This document shows, one piece after another, positions 1 to 12,825 of a stretch of DNA of 64,000 bases. The first letter of the stretch is position 1. Every line of letters begins with the position of its first letter. A program made the translations under genes and the position numbers. The notes under the pieces are model-generated. The model was given only the letters and a program-made list of their open reading frames with translations. It did not search any database and had not been told where the DNA came from. This stretch comes from Epithemia pelagica (taxonomy: Eukaryota; Protista; Bacillariophyta): the NCBI GenBank assembly GCA_946965045.2, contig OX337240.1:2852001-2916000 (forward strand), written 5' to 3'.

Positions 1-169
1 AGTTTGTTGCATGGTCATCACTGTCGTCGTTGTTGTTATGACGGAGGGCTGATAGAACCTCTGCAGTGGATACAGATTGGTTCGTTGCACGTACCAGTGA
101 CGTCGTAGATAGCTCTTCAATAGTGTTAGTTTCCTGGGAAAAACGTTGGAATGGGTTGGAAGGGTCCAT
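1..169 (-). CDS. Possible 5' end of a hypothetical protein running off the left edge
   Basis: ATG at 169-167 opens a frame (MDPSNPFQRFSQETNTIEELSTT...HNNNDDSDDH) with no stop to position 1; no recognisable domain. Confidence 0.25.
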   Translation of the reverse strand, partial: MDPSNPFQRFSQETNTIEELSTTSLVRATNQSVSTAEVLSALRHNNNDDSDDHATN

Positions 170-828
170 GATTGATGCACTTGGCCTCACAAGTTTGGAT
201 CCGCGGTGAAGGCGTTGAGGTGCAAATGATTTTGTATCAACACCGAGAAATCGCCAAATTTGGAGGACGCGCCATGGGGGTGAGAACACGAATGCATATT
301 TTCTCCGACTCAGGCGGGATTCAAAACTCACCCGGCGCTTGGGGGTACGCATTCATCCCCCACAAAGAATGTCCGCCCGATCGGAGTGAGATCTTTTCTC
401 GCGAAAGCCCCCATAAGGAACAGACAGTGCTGACCAGGAACCAGGACGTTGAATGAGAACCACCACCAACAACAACCACAAACGAGTGAGGGTGAGGGGT
501 GGTTGTTGTTGGATTAGTGTTGGTGTCACCCGACTACCAGACACAAAAAGCCAAACGCCATTCGACGACACGGGCCAGTACGAGATAGATTCTCTACTAC
601 TCAAAGATAGAACCTCATCATTCGACAAATCCAACCAAACAACAAGCCATGGTGCCGTACCACAAGAATCCTCCAGGAAACAACAACCGACAAGTCTACT
701 CGGAACAACCACCACCACAACAACTATGGAAGTAGGTACCAGCTTGGTTCCAGATGGGAGTCGACGAATGCCGTTCCGGTTCAGGATGACGAGGAACTAT
801 ACAGGACCAGACGGACGACGGTAGCAGG

Positions 829-1620
829 ATGGACGTTTTTTTTCTGGGTGCGGCTTCCGTTTGTGGTTGGTTGATTGGGTGGGGGAGCGGCGACCGTCGG
901 TGCCTTTTTTTCGTTGGCAGCATTCCACTCGTGCCCTTGCCCCATGCCGTGACATTGCAATTCCTTACGGTGCCACCCTTTGCCGCCGTCATTGCCGTGT
1001 GCATGGTGGCCGAACCCTGACTCCCTCTGGATCAAATGGGGGCCGTCGTCTGTTTGGCCGGTGTCATTTTCTCATTGCCCATTCCATCAGCGTCCTGTTT
1101 GGATCCGATACTAGTACTACGAATGACAAGGAACCGGAGCATGACACGGCCCTGTGGTTGCAGACGGTGGCCGTCCTGGTGTGTACCGCGGGTGCCGCCT
1201 GGGCGGGCATGGTCCCTGTCATGGCGCGCAAACTTGGTCATGGCGCCTCGGCGACCGTCATGGTCTTGTAGTAGTGTGGCGCCATGAGAGTTTGCCCGCC
1301 CTGACCGTATTGGAATCCTACCTGTGACACAGAACCTGGCGTGTTTGGCAGCCACTGGGATCTGGTGTTTCGCTGTGGGAATGGACCTGTGTCGTGTGCT
1401 CATGGGCCTGGCCGGCCATGGCGGTCCATGGTGTACCAATTGGGGCGTGCCACACGAAACGGCCGCCAAGGCCACGTCGACGCAAATTGTTTGGACCAAT
1501 CTGTTTGCTTGCTCCACGAACCCCTCCAAGTCTGGACGAGTTTGGCTGGTACGGCCCTCATTTTGGGATACGACATGCGGATTGTGGCCCTCTCGTCAAA
1601 CAACATGTGCCGCAATGATC
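829..1620 (+). pseudogene. Fragmented multi-pass membrane protein-like sequence
   Basis: Hydrophobic helices (FLGAASVCGWLIGW, AVVCLAGVIFSLP, LWLQTVAVLVCTAGAAWAG, LACLAATGIWCFAVG) are spread over several frames; in-frame TGA at 1018-1020 and apparent frameshifts. Confidence 0.3.
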
Positions 1621-2299
1621 ACCACAAGAACAAGTGTCCACTACTAGCAAGGAACCCGACGAACGACACGCACTCCTCTTGCCATCATTGTCGTCGTCCG
1701 TTGTCGATGAAAAAGTGGCGGCGGCAGGTCCACACGACAAACCGTGTCGTCAACACCCCCCTACGGACAACAGTCGAACCCTGCGTGAATCAAAAACAAA
1801 AAAAGGCTCGATGTATGGATTTCTGTAACAACATTGCATCTAGTTTGTATTTCTAGTTCTACACTATTTAAAATTGGAGAGCCACCAGTGTGTTCGTCTT
1901 CTTCTTGTTGTTGTTGTTTGTGACGACCATGGGAGAGCACGATTCCCATCGTTGGACCTAGAACGATCTCCATTCTACAATGCTGTACTAGTGCTGGCTA
2001 TTCATCCCCCAATCCTGCAAAACACAAGCGGATATGCGTTGTACCGTGTAGTTCTGGATTACGCCGTTTCACGTTCGATGGGTTCGGTCATATGCATGCT
2101 CCGCGTGGGGTTTCGCCAAACTTCGTTTTACTGTTCCTGTCCTTCTCTTGATGACTGTTGTTAATAGTATATGCATCCCCCAGGGGCAGCAACTCTCAGT
2201 TCACACGTTGTCGGTAAACGCGTTTCGTTCCGTCTTCACGGTCGACCCATGCACCTGATAACGAACAAACGAACGAACGAGGAGTCCCCAAAAGGAGTC

Positions 2300-3604
2300 T
2301 TATCCGACCGTCGCGCATGGGCCGCACGTGGCAGCTTGGGACTCTGAAACAAGGATATCCATGGGTTCGAGGGGATCCAAGCAATACTCTTGCCCATCCA
2401 TGCACACAATCACGCCATCGCCTTGACCATTCGCGACAACGAGTTGCGAGACTTGCGTAGTTTGTCGGGTTCGTTCACCACGAACCATGGTACTTTTTCG
2501 GTCTTGTTTTTGCAATTGACGTGTGTTTTTACTATCCTTGGCTTGGCTCTTGCATCGTTGGTCGTCGGCAGCGTCCAAACTGCAGCTCTCTCGTGTCTCT
2601 CCATTGCGGCAAATGGTGGCCGTGGCACAAAAGTCTGGATACGGTTTCGATCTAGTCTTTCGGCTGCCCGATCGAACCAGGGGCGAGCAACACCCGCAGG
2701 TAAAGGGAAGTTCTTCTTCAGGCGTCGAATCAAACAAATCCTCCAGGTCCTGTTGGCTCACACAGGCCGATTCGAAAAAGTCACCCTTTCCTTCCTCCTT
2801 ACAGACCGAGGCGGCACACACCTGCACTCCGTCCGTGGCACATTCAACATCTTTTTTGTCCTTGTCGGGGTCAAAGGAAAAATTGACCGTGTCACAGGAA
2901 TAGAGGACTTGTTGGCAGAGCGTGGAGGTCAAGGACGATGGCGAAGCGGAAGGGCTGGTCGTTGGTGCACTGGGCATGGCACTTGGCATAGTACTTGGCA
3001 TGGCACTGGGCGGTAAGTCGCGGCAGTACCGGAACTGGGTGATCCTTCCCACCCCACTAAACTCAACTTCGATTTTCGCGCAGTTTGATATGTCAATCTC
3101 GACGGAACTGCGACTCTCGCTGACCGAAACGCTCTCTCCTTCGGTGCTGTCGGTCTCGATGCACTTGACTGTGGTCATTGCGGTAGGACTGGAACCGACC
3201 AGGTCCACAATGACGGAACCCTTGATTGTGTCATCCAGAAAGGTAAAACTGATGGAGCCGCCATTGGCGTTGGAGCCGTCGGAGCCGATTGCTTGGACGA
3301 TCAGACCACTGTTGTCGTCAAGTCAAACTGGCTCGGTGCCACGGCCGCTGGATATGGCAAAGCCTTGCGCCGCAAAGTTGGCCGGGTCAAGGAACTGTTG
3401 GCCCTGGCTGCTGGTGAAATCGGCCGTGAAGGAAACGTAGGGACAAACGAACGACGAGAGGATCCTCGTGTCACGGTCCAACACGACAGCCGACGCTCGA
3501 CACAGCACCAACCACAACGCCGTAATTGACGGTCCTAATGACAAGGACCGAGGCTTCCAGGAAAGGCCCGTCGTACTCTTGGGGGAGGAGGTGGAATACG
3601 GCAT
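2300..3604 (-). pseudogene. Secreted Cys-rich protein with Pro/Ser linker, interrupted by one in-frame TGA (3323-3325)
   Basis: ORFs 3323..3733 and 2300..3208 are in the same frame. ATG 3604 gives a signal-like segment (SITALWLVLCRASA); PSAMPSTMPSAMPSAPTTSPSASPSS linker; Cys-rich C-half (TCGCC, VCMDGQEYC, ATCGPC). Confidence 0.55.
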
Positions 3605-3793
3605 AATGGTTGCGTTGCCCGGTTTTCGTTCGTTCGATTTGTTTGCATGCTTGCGAATGCCTATTGTGTGTGTGTTTTTTTTTACATTCGCTACTTTTGG
3701 TTTGGCGAATTTTTTGTGGTCCACCCCCCCCACCCAAGTTCGCAGTCCCCCATTTTAAAAAACGAAAAAAGAGGGGCGGATCGATGTGGAAGA

Positions 3794-3811
3794 CTTTGGG
3801 GGGCGCAGATT
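3794..3811 (+). repeat. Left copy of candidate target-site duplication of the non-LTR element
   Basis: CTTTGGGGGGCGCAGATT; right copy CTTTTTGGGGGGGGGGGGCGCAGATT at 11990-12015 (14 bp identical, homopolymer lengths differ). Confidence 0.6.
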
Positions 3812-3926
3812 AACAATTTCGTGGAAGGCGAAATTGACACAGCTTTACCTATAGTTTCTGGCCCTTAACGTAGCTTTACTACCACACCCTACACCAGAAA
3901 GTGTAGCGGTTGTTTCTGGTTTCTGG

Positions 3927-6044
3927 ATGACCATGGCGGACCGCAACGACGATAACCCTACGGCTGTCAGGAACGACGAGAACATGCAAGACAACAACAA
4001 CCCTTCGAATACCCCTGTAGAACAAAGGACTTCGACTAGCACAGGCGCAGCAACCGATAACAACTCCAACAACGATAACAATAACAATAACAACCATGCC
4101 AACGACGATGACGCTGCCAGTGCCGCTACAGCAACAACAACAAACCAACCTATCGCATATGAAGGTGAAGAACAACAATACACCATCAAATTCATGTTCC
4201 GTCCGAAAGATGACAAACAGAGCACGGAGGTTGCACGATATCACTTTGCTATCCTACAAACTATTGCAAAAGTGTATCCCGAAGTAAAAATTTATGACAA
4301 CAGAGGCACGAAGTTAAACCGACGCAAGATCGATTCTCTTGAAACCTATTCAGCGTACCTCCGACACTACGACCTACACTACTCAAAAGGCAAAAAAAAC
4401 AAGAACAGGACACCAATATATATGGTTGTACATCGGGTGCTCTCGCGTATTCCCCTAAGCGAAATTCGCCGCCATTTTTCGGTTGATGAGAAACTCAAGC
4501 ACTCGAACGCTAAGATGACAAAACATATGTGGAAGGAAGATGAGATTCGGATCTCCAACCTGGGGTTTTTTGTTGGGTATGACCCAAGTAATATTCTACC
4601 GGAAGAAATGGTAGAAATTGTATTGAAAGAGATTTCGCGAAAGACACGCACTCCGGAAAAGAAAATTCCTAAGTTCTGCTGCAATTATTCGTCGCCCATG
4701 CTTTTTGAACCTGGTCGTCAGCCATTTTCTACAAAAGCCTTTGACTTACAGTGCCGCCAACAAGATGCAAAGAGCCTTCTCCAGCTGCTCCATATAACCT
4801 ACGAAGACAATCCCGAATTTCTCTTCCATCGGCTACGCCACACGTCAAGCAAACAAAAATATATCAATGCCATGATAGAACAGAATCGATATCTGGGCGA
4901 ATGTCAAATCGTTCCAGTGGCTGGTATTCATTCATCTGTAATGTGGTATCTCAGTTCTAAGATTTGCTCTATGGAGGGAGTGCAACGAGTCACCAAACAC
5001 AAGGACAGCGATCGAATTGGGCGCTACAACGTTCATACAACCAGAGAACATTTTGATGCGATCAAAGGCTTCTTGAGAATGAACATCGAATCTCTCACGA
5101 AACAAGAAATGCGTCTCCAAAACCTAGCACCGACTCCATTCGACCAACCACCTAGAGTTGCCTTCAAGCGTAACATTTATTCTGATCAAGATGAAGACGA
5201 AGACTCCTCGGCATCAGCCTCCCATGCAGGCTCATATGCAACCTACATGACAGCTCTTGACAAGGCGTATGGCAAAGTTGAAAGTGGCCTCAAACATGAT
5301 AAATACGTTGCTCCACCTCATGCATCCGGCCCAAGCACACAAGCTTGGACGAGCGCAGTCCCAATTAAAACGGTAATAATGCAAGGACTTTCTTCGGACA
5401 TGGAATCAAGCCAGGTGAGCCAAGAAGATTATGACAGGATGAAAGATGAGAAGGACAAACTTCAAACAAGATTCGATGAGCTTGATGAACGATTCCAACA
5501 GTATATTCACGACCAAAAAGAACAACAAGAACGAGACAAGAAAGATTTAGTGGATACGATTATGATGGCTATGCAGCAACAAATGATATCATTCCAACAG
5601 AACCAAATGCCACTGCCTCCCCCGTACTATCCCCAAGGACAACCTCCTTTTCTACCACAAGGACAACCACAGTTCCATCCACCGAATCAAGCTATGTACC
5701 CTCAGCCTCCAATCCATGGACATCCGACAGTACAGCAACAAGGATACACTCCAGGTCATCCCAATTTTCATCAAGGACCGGCTCCTCATCAAGGACAAAC
5801 CCCACACGCCTCGAACCAAGTGGAACAGATTTCTCCCTCCCAACTGAACATGCCACAAACACCAAACCAAGCCAACAAACGGAAACCCAACGAAATGAGT
5901 CAGGACGGCAATGTGACCTCCTATGGCGACTCAAAGCAGCCGGCCACATCCCTTGATGTGAGCATGGAACATGGCAACTCAGCCAGTGCAGCGGACGAGT
6001 CCATGGCCAACACCAGCGTGTTTAGTCATGAGTCACGATCGTAA
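3927..6044 (+). CDS. Non-LTR retrotransposon ORF1 (705 aa; coiled coil and Gln/Pro-rich tail)
   Basis: Intact ORF directly upstream of and overlapping ORF2; heptad-like segment DYDRMKDEKDKLQTRFDELDERFQQ. Confidence 0.8.
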   Translation: MTMADRNDDNPTAVRNDENMQDNNNPSNTPVEQRTSTSTGAATDNNSNNDNNNNNNHANDDDAASAATATTTNQPIAYEGEEQQYTIKFMFRPKDDKQSTEVARYHFAILQTIAKVYPEVKIYDNRGTKLNRRKIDSLETYSAYLRHYDLHYSKGKKNKNRTPIYMVVHRVLSRIPLSEIRRHFSVDEKLKHSNAKMTKHMWKEDEIRISNLGFFVGYDPSNILPEEMVEIVLKEISRKTRTPEKKIPKFCCNYSSPMLFEPGRQPFSTKAFDLQCRQQDAKSLLQLLHITYEDNPEFLFHRLRHTSSKQKYINAMIEQNRYLGECQIVPVAGIHSSVMWYLSSKICSMEGVQRVTKHKDSDRIGRYNVHTTREHFDAIKGFLRMNIESLTKQEMRLQNLAPTPFDQPPRVAFKRNIYSDQDEDEDSSASASHAGSYATYMTALDKAYGKVESGLKHDKYVAPPHASGPSTQAWTSAVPIKTVIMQGLSSDMESSQVSQEDYDRMKDEKDKLQTRFDELDERFQQYIHDQKEQQERDKKDLVDTIMMAMQQQMISFQQNQMPLPPPYYPQGQPPFLPQGQPQFHPPNQAMYPQPPIHGHPTVQQQGYTPGHPNFHQGPAPHQGQTPHASNQVEQISPSQLNMPQTPNQANKRKPNEMSQDGNVTSYGDSKQPATSLDVSMEHGNSASAADESMANTSVFSHESRS

Positions 6045-9000
6045 TAGCACAGTTAACTCCTACGTAGATCAACAAGAAACACAATTGCAAGATTCTTATC
6101 AATCATCATCACAGACAACATCTTACCACCACAACAACATCAACATCAGTACATCACCTTCTCATATCAATAACAATATCAACAACTATCATTCAAATCA
6201 CGAGGACAATTTTTATTATCAAGCACCAGAAGAAACAACATTGGAAGGACAAGAAAATTATGCAACCAACGGGTTCATTGGACAGCCTCGGAATCCAAGG
6301 AAAGAAGACGGGATCTTCCGGGTATTTGGATGTAATCCGAACGGTCTAAAAATCGGTCATGATGGAGGAGAGTTTGCAGAATTATGCTTGGAAATGACGA
6401 ATCTCCAAGTGGACACATGGGGCTTATACGAGATCAATTTAGATACCACGCAACACGGAGTGAGAAATCGGCTCGAGACGACATTGAGAAGACAGACTGA
6501 CCATTCGAGACTAACAGAAGCCAGCAGCGCAATTCCATCACCAAGATGCCGTGATTACAAACCAGGCGGCGTATTACAAGTGACTCAAGGACGCTCAACT
6601 GGTAGAGTTACCGCCCAGGGTCGAGATCCTCTCGGACGCTGGGCTTATCAAACATTCTCGTGCCGCGGACACAAATCGCTAACGATTATTACCGCCTATC
6701 AAGTATGTAAACAAACAATCGTCGATGGAACAACTGGCCAGATCCGGTCCTTAACGGCATCCGCACAACAAACATCAATGCTACGGCAAGCATAACGGAA
6801 TTGTAGCCCCCGTGAAGCATTTGTTACCGATTTATCTACCTTCATCAAAGAAAAACAGGCAGGACAATCTGGCATTCTCCTGATGGGAGATTTTAACGAG
6901 CCTCTGAACGATGAGAACAGAGGGATGTCGCAACTATGTACCGCACTTGATTTATACGATGTAATGCATCAAATTCTCGGGACAGCGGAATTTGCAACAC
7001 ATGTGCGAGGAAGAGAGCGAATTGATTATGTTCTAGCATCCGATTGGGTAGCTGAAGCTGTCGTAGACGGATGTTACGAGCCTTTTGGACAACGGTCTCG
7101 TGGTGATCATCGAAACATTCTCATCGACTTCAATGTGGAACGACTTTTCGGCAACAAAACACAAGAATTGGGCCCTATTTCCAGTCGAGATTTCACAAGC
7201 AAGGACAAGGCTTCAAACCGCGTATATCTCTCAGCTAAACACAAGTACTGCCGGGAACACAACTTTCAACAAAGACTAGAGCGTCTCAAAACATCATGGG
7301 ATCCTGAGTTAGCAGAACGGTTAGATCAAGACTTCCAGCGTGCAGGCGAGCATGCTGCTAAACAGTGCGCAAAGAAACCTCGCGACGTACCTTACGTCAC
7401 TGAGTTGGCTGAACTTCGACAACGCAAGAACTTACTACAGAAATTGATCTCTGCTACCCGCTTGAAACGATCCTTCGATGACGGAATTGCACACATCACA
7501 AATCAAGGACATGTCGGGGGATTTCCATCAACACTTTCTGCATGCCGTACTGAACTTCGGCTAATACAACAAAAGATTAAGAGCATGACGAAACAGGCTG
7601 TATTCAGGCATCAAAATGAACTCCAACTTGCACTTCAGGAAGCTATAGATCGAGGCGATAAACAACAATCAAAAGCTTTAAAACATCGAATCGCAGCAGA
7701 AAGGACAAAAGCAATGTATGCGAAGCTTCGACAGTATCGGGGGAGTAAGAAATCCGGGATTACGCGCCTAGACGTTCCAGCAGATACTACGACAACAGAC
7801 TACAACAACTGCTCAAGCTGGATTACCATAGATACGCCAGCAGAGATTGAAGAACGTTTACTTCAACGAAACAGACGCCACTTTGGCCAAGCGGACGGAA
7901 CTTTTCCTACGAAACCACCGTTCTCGGAATGGTGCGATTGGGGTGCCTCAACGCACACAGCGGAATTGATCTTAGAGGGAGAATGGCAATCAGATGAGCT
8001 AGACAAAATGCAACAAAGCCTACTGGACCATATGAAGTCGAGAGTGGTCATTGATGCAATTCCGTGTGCAATTAGCAAAGAAGATTGGATTGGGAAGATG
8101 CGATCCTGGCCAGAGTCTACTACAACGTCGCCATCCGGCTTTCATTTAGGACATAGCAAAGCTCTTATTGCTGAACACGATATCGATCCAAGTACAGAAG
8201 AAGGGCAAGTTCTAGAACAACAAAGGAATGACTTGATTGATTGGCACATCGGTCTACTGAATTGTGCATTGGAGAACCGCTATTCGTTTGCTAGATGGAA
8301 ACACATTGTGAACGTCATGATTCTAAAAGAACCAGACGACTTACGCATCCATCGTCTTCGAGTCATACATCTTTACGAACAGGACTATAACTTAGTCCTG
8401 GCTCTAAAGTGGCGCCATATGATTCAGCTCGCAACAAACCAACAAGTTTTGCATCCTACCCAGTTTGGTGGCGTCCCAGGACGCGACGCCGTGATTCCAA
8501 CGTTGTGTGAAGAATTTCAGTATGAAATTTCTCGGGCCAGCAAGCGCCCTTTGGTACACCTAGACTACGACGCAATAGCCTGCTACGACAGGATCATCCT
8601 CTCTTTCAGCAGTCTCGCATCTCGCAGCTACGGGCAAAATCGGTCAATCGTGTTTATCAATGCAACAACTTTGGCAGAGGCAAAATACTTTCTCAAAACG
8701 CAATTGGGAGTATCTAAGCAATTTTACAAACACTGCACGATATATCCAATCTACGGTTCTGGCCAGGGTGCTGGAAATTCTCCCGCCATTTGGTGTGTTG
8801 TTTCTAGCATCCTGTTCGAAACATATGAAGTGAAAGCCAATGGAGCAACGTTCGTCTCTCCTGACGGATCGGTACACACTTCGGTATATATGATTGGATT
8901 TGTCGACGACACTAGCGGTAGTGTGAACGACTTCACACTACCGCAAGCGGCTTGCCCAGAACATTATCTTGCAAAAGCCCAGTCAGATGCCCAACGTTGG

Positions 9001-11877
9001 AATGACCTACTGGACCTCTCTGGAGGAGCTCTTAACCCTCTCAAGTGCTCATACCATTTTCTTTACTACACTTTCTCGGTCGACGGGTTACCCCTTCTAA
9101 AAGATGGCAGCTTTGGCCCAACAATCACAATCTCTTTCAAGGACGGGAATCCTAGAGTCCCTTTGAAGCAACTATCCTCGTTTAAGAGTCACAAAACACT
9201 CGGAGTGCAGAAATCGCCCCATGCTACTAACACCGGGCTGTTCACTGCTCTATCAAAACGGAATCTCGCGCACAGCCGTGTTATGGCAAGAAGTCCCTTC
9301 ACCCGCACGGAAGCATGGTCGTACTATCATGCCATTTATCTTCCGAGTATTTGCTACCCATTTCCATCGTCGACACTTTCCACCGGGTATTGCAACGCCC
9401 TACAACGTCAGTTCAAACGCGCATTTTTACCAAAGTATGGATTCAACAGAAATATGCCCAACGCTGTGGTGTATGGTTCCTCTGATTATGGTGGTCTTGG
9501 TTTACGCACATTATCTATCGAGAGAGGGATTGCACAGCTGTATCTTCTTCTCGCATGTATTCGGTCAACTGGAGTACCGTATAAACTCGCATCAATCATG
9601 ATGTCTTGGGGTCAGTTTCTTGCTGGAACAGGTGTACCTATTTTGGAGGATGTTCATACTCCTCTTCCTCACTTGTCTCCCATGCAATGGGTTCCACAAC
9701 TACGTAAATTCTTGTCCAAGGTTGATTGCCGTGTGGAATTAGAAGAAACCTTTGTCCCAAAACTGCAACGTGAGAACGATGTGTTCTTAATGGATAGCGC
9801 ACTGGAATTTACTTCCTCCTCGACCGAGCTCAAATTGATCAACGCGTGCCGTTTGTATCTCCAAGTTACAATGCTCAGCGATCTTGTCACTCCAGATGGT
9901 AGTACATTGACTTTGGCTGCAATCGACGGCCGTATTGACAACAAATCAAGTTGCACTTATCTGACGCCATACCAGTCACGTCCTGGACCTCGGGCTTGGA
10001 GCACATGGCGACGGTTCCTTCAATCCTTCTTGGCTCCGCACTCTGCCTGAAGACTTGCCTCTCCTTTGTGTCGATGGTTATTTGGAGGTACTACAACAAT
10101 ACGACAATGGTTCTCCTATCTTTCTCAAGACCGTTCCACTCTGTTTGTTCATGTCGCTGCAAACCAATGGCAGGAATTTCGCTCTACTGGTCCATTGTTC
10201 ATTGCAACTAATACTATCCGCGGCGATGTCCCCTCAACTGCCTGCCCAGTGGCTACTGCCAACACCGGACCTGCGAGAATGGTTCTTCCTTCGCGTCCCG
10301 TTGTCGCAACTCAACCGACTCCTCCACTGAACACTTTTGATGCTTATGTTAGACGATTGCCCTCCTGGGAGAAACTACTATTGGATTTACACACGCTGGT
10401 GTGTACCGATGTGGAACTGATCGATTATCTGACGCGACCATCTTGTCCTCTGCTTCTTTGCAGCGACGGATCTGCAGCGCAATTTCAAGGCACTTTCGGG
10501 TGTACGTGTGCAACTGACTCTGGTCAGCGATTGTTTATGATTCACGGGCCCGCACCAGGTTACCGTACTTCTTCGTTTAGAGCTGAAAGCTACGGCTTCC
10601 TAGCTTTACTCCGATTCTTGGTTCACTTCTGCTCATTCTCTGAGATCCCACTGCCTCGTGACCTACGGCTTTATACAGACTCGGAAAGCTTGATCACTAC
10701 AATCCACAAACGGTTAGAATGGCTAGTGGAATTTCCATATTCCACTATGTCGGCTGATTGGGATCTACAACAGTCGATTTCATCATCTCTACGACTCTTC
10801 GATCGTATGCCTCATATTCAACACGTTAAAGGGCACCAGGATGATGCTCATGATTACACAACGCTTCCGTTGCCATCTCAACTGAATATTGACGCTGATG
10901 GTCTGGCTTCTTCGTATACTTATCCGTCTAATGTGTCCTCTACGTTGGCTCCTCTGGTTACTGGTAGCAGAGCAATCCTTCATTGCCAAGACGGCACGAT
11001 CACGTCCAAGTACCGCTCGATATTACGTCGGTTGTCTACATTTGAACGTTCTTCTCACTACCTACGCAACAAATTTAACTGGTCTAACGATACTTTCAAT
11101 TCGGTTGACTGGGTAGCACATGGACGAGCCATTAACGCCAACTTCCCACACCGCCATTTCATTATCAAGTACATTCACGATTGGCTACCACTTGGACATC
11201 TGCGCTCACGGTATGCTTTCTTCTATCAAGACTCATGTCCGTTATGTCCCACAACACTTGAAACGTGGTCACATTTTCTTCGTTGTCCACATCGACAATG
11301 GTCTGTCCCCTTGTTTTCTGATCTGGATAAATTGTGGAATTCCCTTCATGCTGATCCGACTATCACCCTACTCCTCTCCGAATGTCTTCGCTCGTGGCTT
11401 CAAGATACGTCCCCTTCCATTTCCCTTGTTCCTTCAGTCTATCAACGCGCTCTTTTGTCGCAAATTACCATCGGCATCGATCAGCTCTTCATGGGCCGAT
11501 TCTCTTCTCACTGGTCTCGCTTACAAGATCAGTTTCTTCGCTCCCAAGGCATCTCTCCCCCTAAATTTTCTAGTGTCCGTCTAGTTTCTTCTACCATCAC
11601 TGTTCTCTGGCATCATGCGCATCGTCTGTGGCTCCAACGCAATCAGAATCTTCACGGCGATAATCCTGCAACTATTGAAGCTGCCGCATATTCTCAAGCT
11701 CAACGCAAAGTCCGAGATCTCTACCTCCTCAAACCCCAAGTCAATCCCTCTGATACCATCCTTTTCTACGATTCTCCAGAAATCCATTTTACCTTCTCTA
11801 CTACGTCCATCCAACTGAGGAACTGGCTCAATACTTGGCGCCCAGTCATCCTCCGGTCTGCACACCCTTTCCCGTAA
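5971..11877 (+). pseudogene. Non-LTR ORF2 polyprotein (APE endonuclease, reverse transcriptase, RNase H, Zn knuckle) with two in-frame stops
   Basis: APE: GCNPNG, GLYEIN, LMGDFNE, RIDYVL, DHRNI. RT: LDYDAIACYDRI, GSGQGAGNSP, GFVDDT. RNase H: CSDGSA, RAESYG, YTDSES, HVKGHQD, NIDADGLA. Zn knuckle: CPLC..HFLRC. ORFs 5971..6795, 6883..10050 and 10066..11877 share one frame, broken by TAA 6793-6795 and TGA 10048-10050. Confidence 0.9.
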
Positions 11878-12133
11878 TGTTCCAACCTTTTTCTTGATTT
11901 GTTAGTCCTCGCCTCAGTTTTCTGAGGCCGGGCGCGTCGGTCGACGATACCCTAGCGGGTACGCGCGGCAGCGTTAAAATAGATTGTTCCTTTTTGGGGG
12001 GGGGGGGCGCAGATTGATAGAGATTCCCTGTAGCACTCCAGTCAGGTGACTTTGGCAACAATAGAAGATCGGTCACAACGATAATACACCGCGTGTGGTG
12101 TCCCCATGGATGGACAGTTGTGGGTGAGCCGCC

Positions 12134-12676
12134 ATGTCGATTCCAACACGTTCTACTGCCACCTTGGTAGCTCGCCTTCACGAGTTGCAACAGGAGGAGG
12201 AGGAAATACGGACGGAACTCCAACACCGAGCTGCCGAAGAAAACGAGCGCCAGGAAGACGACAATACAAAAATCGGTACCGGTCTTTTATTTTTAGGGTG
12301 CGTATTTCTGTTTCTTGGATGCATGTTTTTGTTTGATTCAGCCATGTTGGCCATTGGTGATATTCTGTTCTTGTCTGGATTGACCTTGACGATCGGTGTT
12401 TCAAGGACAATTGGCTTCTTTTCAAGACCCGATCGATTACGTGGGATTGTCGCATTTTTTGGGGGTATTGTGCTTGTAATGATTCGGTGGCCTATCTTCG
12501 GAATGATGTGCCAGTTCTACGGCCTTATTTATCTCTTTGGACAATTCTTCCCGATTGCCACTGAATCAATGAAGGATACTCCTGTCATCGGTGAGTTTTT
12601 CCGTCTCCCAGCTGTTGAGCAATTCGTCGCAAGCTTCTCCGGTGGAGGTCCATCAAGTCGGCGTGCTCCTGTTTAA
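12134..12676 (+). CDS. GOT1: Got1/Sft2-family Golgi vesicle transport protein
   Basis: [14 protein letters not shown]...[16 protein letters not shown]...[16 protein letters not shown]...FGQFFP, four TM helices; true start uncertain. Confidence 0.85.
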   Translation: MSIPTRSTATLVARLHELQQEEEEIRTELQHRAAEENERQEDDNTKIGTGLLFLGCVFLFLGCMFLFDSAMLAIGDILFLSGLTLTIGVSRTIGFFSRPDRLRGIVAFFGGIVLVMIRWPIFGMMCQFYGLIYLFGQFFPIATESMKDTPVIGEFFRLPAVEQFVASFSGGGPSSRRAPV

Positions 12677-12825
12677 AAGAAAGGAACGATTGATTCATTT
12701 TGAGATTCTGCCTGTAGTAAGAAATAGTCTCCAGGCCATGTTATCACAAACTTCGGTTGAGATGTTTCAACTTAACATTTTACAATGTTACACAAACAGC
12801 CGGAATCAATAGAATTACAATGAAC

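Larger units (their letters stand above)
3812..11990 (+). mobile_element. Full-length non-LTR retrotransposon (ORF1 + APE-RT-RNaseH-CCHC ORF2), resembling the diatom Ambal-type long LINEs
   Basis: Two overlapping ORFs with LINE motifs; flanked by the related direct repeat (c)TTT-G(n)-CGCAGATT at 3794-3811 and 11990-12015; clade name is an inference. Confidence 0.9.

Noticed and set aside
3323-3325. Selenocysteine TGA in the Cys-rich secreted protein
   Set aside because: Context EPV*LDD is not a redox motif and I saw no SECIS-like hairpin downstream.
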